The position numbers and the translations under genes were made by a program. A model generated the notes under the pieces. The model searched no databases, had not been told where the DNA came from, and was given only the letters and a program-made list of their open reading frames with translations. From Cenarchaeum sp. (lineage in GTDB: Archaea > Thermoproteota > Nitrososphaeria > Nitrososphaerales > Nitrosopumilaceae): DNA of 64,000 bases. Shown here piece by piece: positions 63,249 through 64,000 of this stretch; position 1 is the stretch's first letter; the number at the start of each line of letters is the position of its first letter. The DNA is taken from assembly GCA_963693095.2 (NCBI GenBank), contig OY843768.1, positions 1,120,001 to 1,184,000 on the forward strand, read 5' to 3'.

Positions 63249-64000
63249 ATGAGCAACTGGGATCTCATGATGCCGGGTATGGGGCTCACGTCGATCGGCC
63301 TTGCAGGCGTCACGGTCTCCTATTCGGGCATAGCCCACACCTTTATCGACGGCATGCATGCGCTGACTGGCCTGACGATGTTCATCGGCCTCATATTCCT
63401 CGCCGCAGGCATACTCGAGGGGGGCGTCTCGACGAGCAACAGGGCAAAGGCGACGGTTCTCGTCGTCGCCTCGATATCCCTGGCATTTGGCATGTTTGCC
63501 TTTACGCTAAACACAGTGAGCACGACGGCGACGTTTGCCGGCATACTCGTCGGCATTGCGTTTCCGGCGATCATGCTCGCATACGTGATCACAAAGATGC
63601 CAATGTATGCGAGGCCCGTGGGCACGATATTTGGGCTGGCAGCCGCCACCGGGATAATCGCATTTGTCGCCTTTGGCCTCGTCTCGCCAGACACGTACCT
63701 CATCAACGAGGAGGAGGACGCAGCAGAGCCTGACGTGATGGATGCTGCGCCTGCACTGCCTGATGCGCCAATTGTGGACATTTCCATATTGGAGGGCTCG
63801 GCAGTCTCGGGAACGCCAGACTATGATCCTGACTCGATAGACGTCGAGCGCGGCAGTGTCATACGCTGGACAAACGATGACTCTATGCTGCACACCGTGA
63901 CGAGTGACGGTGACTTTGGCGAGACGTTTGACTCTAGCCTCATGAACGCCGGAGAGGAGTTTATCCTCAACACTGCCACACTAGAGCCCGGAGCGTATGA
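63249..64000 (+). CDS. Multi-TM protein with a C-terminal plastocyanin/azurin-type cupredoxin domain (runs off the window end)
   Basis: Manual translation MSNWDLMMPGMGLTSIG.. with several TM helices, then YDPDSIDVERGSVIRWTNDDSMLHTVTS..FDSSLMNAGEEF. Confidence 0.85.
   Translation, partial: MSNWDLMMPGMGLTSIGLAGVTVSYSGIAHTFIDGMHALTGLTMFIGLIFLAAGILEGGVSTSNRAKATVLVVASISLAFGMFAFTLNTVSTTATFAGILVGIAFPAIMLAYVITKMPMYARPVGTIFGLAAATGIIAFVAFGLVSPDTYLINEEEDAAEPDVMDAAPALPDAPIVDISILEGSAVSGTPDYDPDSIDVERGSVIRWTNDDSMLHTVTSDGDFGETFDSSLMNAGEEFILNTATLEPGAY

Noticed and set aside
63075-63359. ORF-track N-terminal extension of heme O synthase
   Set aside because: It overlaps two TATA boxes and the divergent cupredoxin gene, and family similarity only begins near KPRIV

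Overview
This window looks like a high-GC (roughly 60-65% by eye) ammonia-oxidising archaeon (Nitrososphaerota/Thaumarchaeota, Nitrosopumilaceae-like). The giant secreted protein and low-GC defence inserts would fit a host-associated lineage, but that is inference. Core content: a complex I operon (nuoABCDHIJKM, nuoL truncated at the window edge, no nuoEFG), acetyl/propionyl-CoA carboxylase of the 3HP/4HB cycle, RFC large subunit, a NikR-type regulator divergent from a Znu-type ABC transporter, ilvE, aspartate kinase, a riboflavin cluster, the rpl18-rps5-rpl30-rpl15-secY-adk-DUF106-cmk-cbf5 block, EF-1beta, Cdc48, heme O synthase, a membrane-bound cupredoxin and four tRNAs (Asp, Val, Gly, intron-containing Leu). 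Unusual content: (1) a low-GC island with a PvuII-like endonuclease, an MT-A70 (DPPW) methyltransferase and an AbrB-like ORF, next to a dense GATC cluster; (2) a duplicated cassette of small membrane-protein paralogues; (3) a ~2,800-aa secreted HExxH protease/Ig-repeat protein; (4) an orphan low-GC ABC-type ATPase; (5) perfect in-frame tandem repeats in znuA, cbf5 and the giant gene; (6) a histone-H1-like/SWIB small basic protein; (7) a probable CUG start for uS5; (8) a deaminase-type amidohydrolase and a tandem palindromic operator in the riboflavin cluster. All calls are by-eye motif recognition. No database searches were run, and several starts were moved from the ORF track using overlaps and TATA position.
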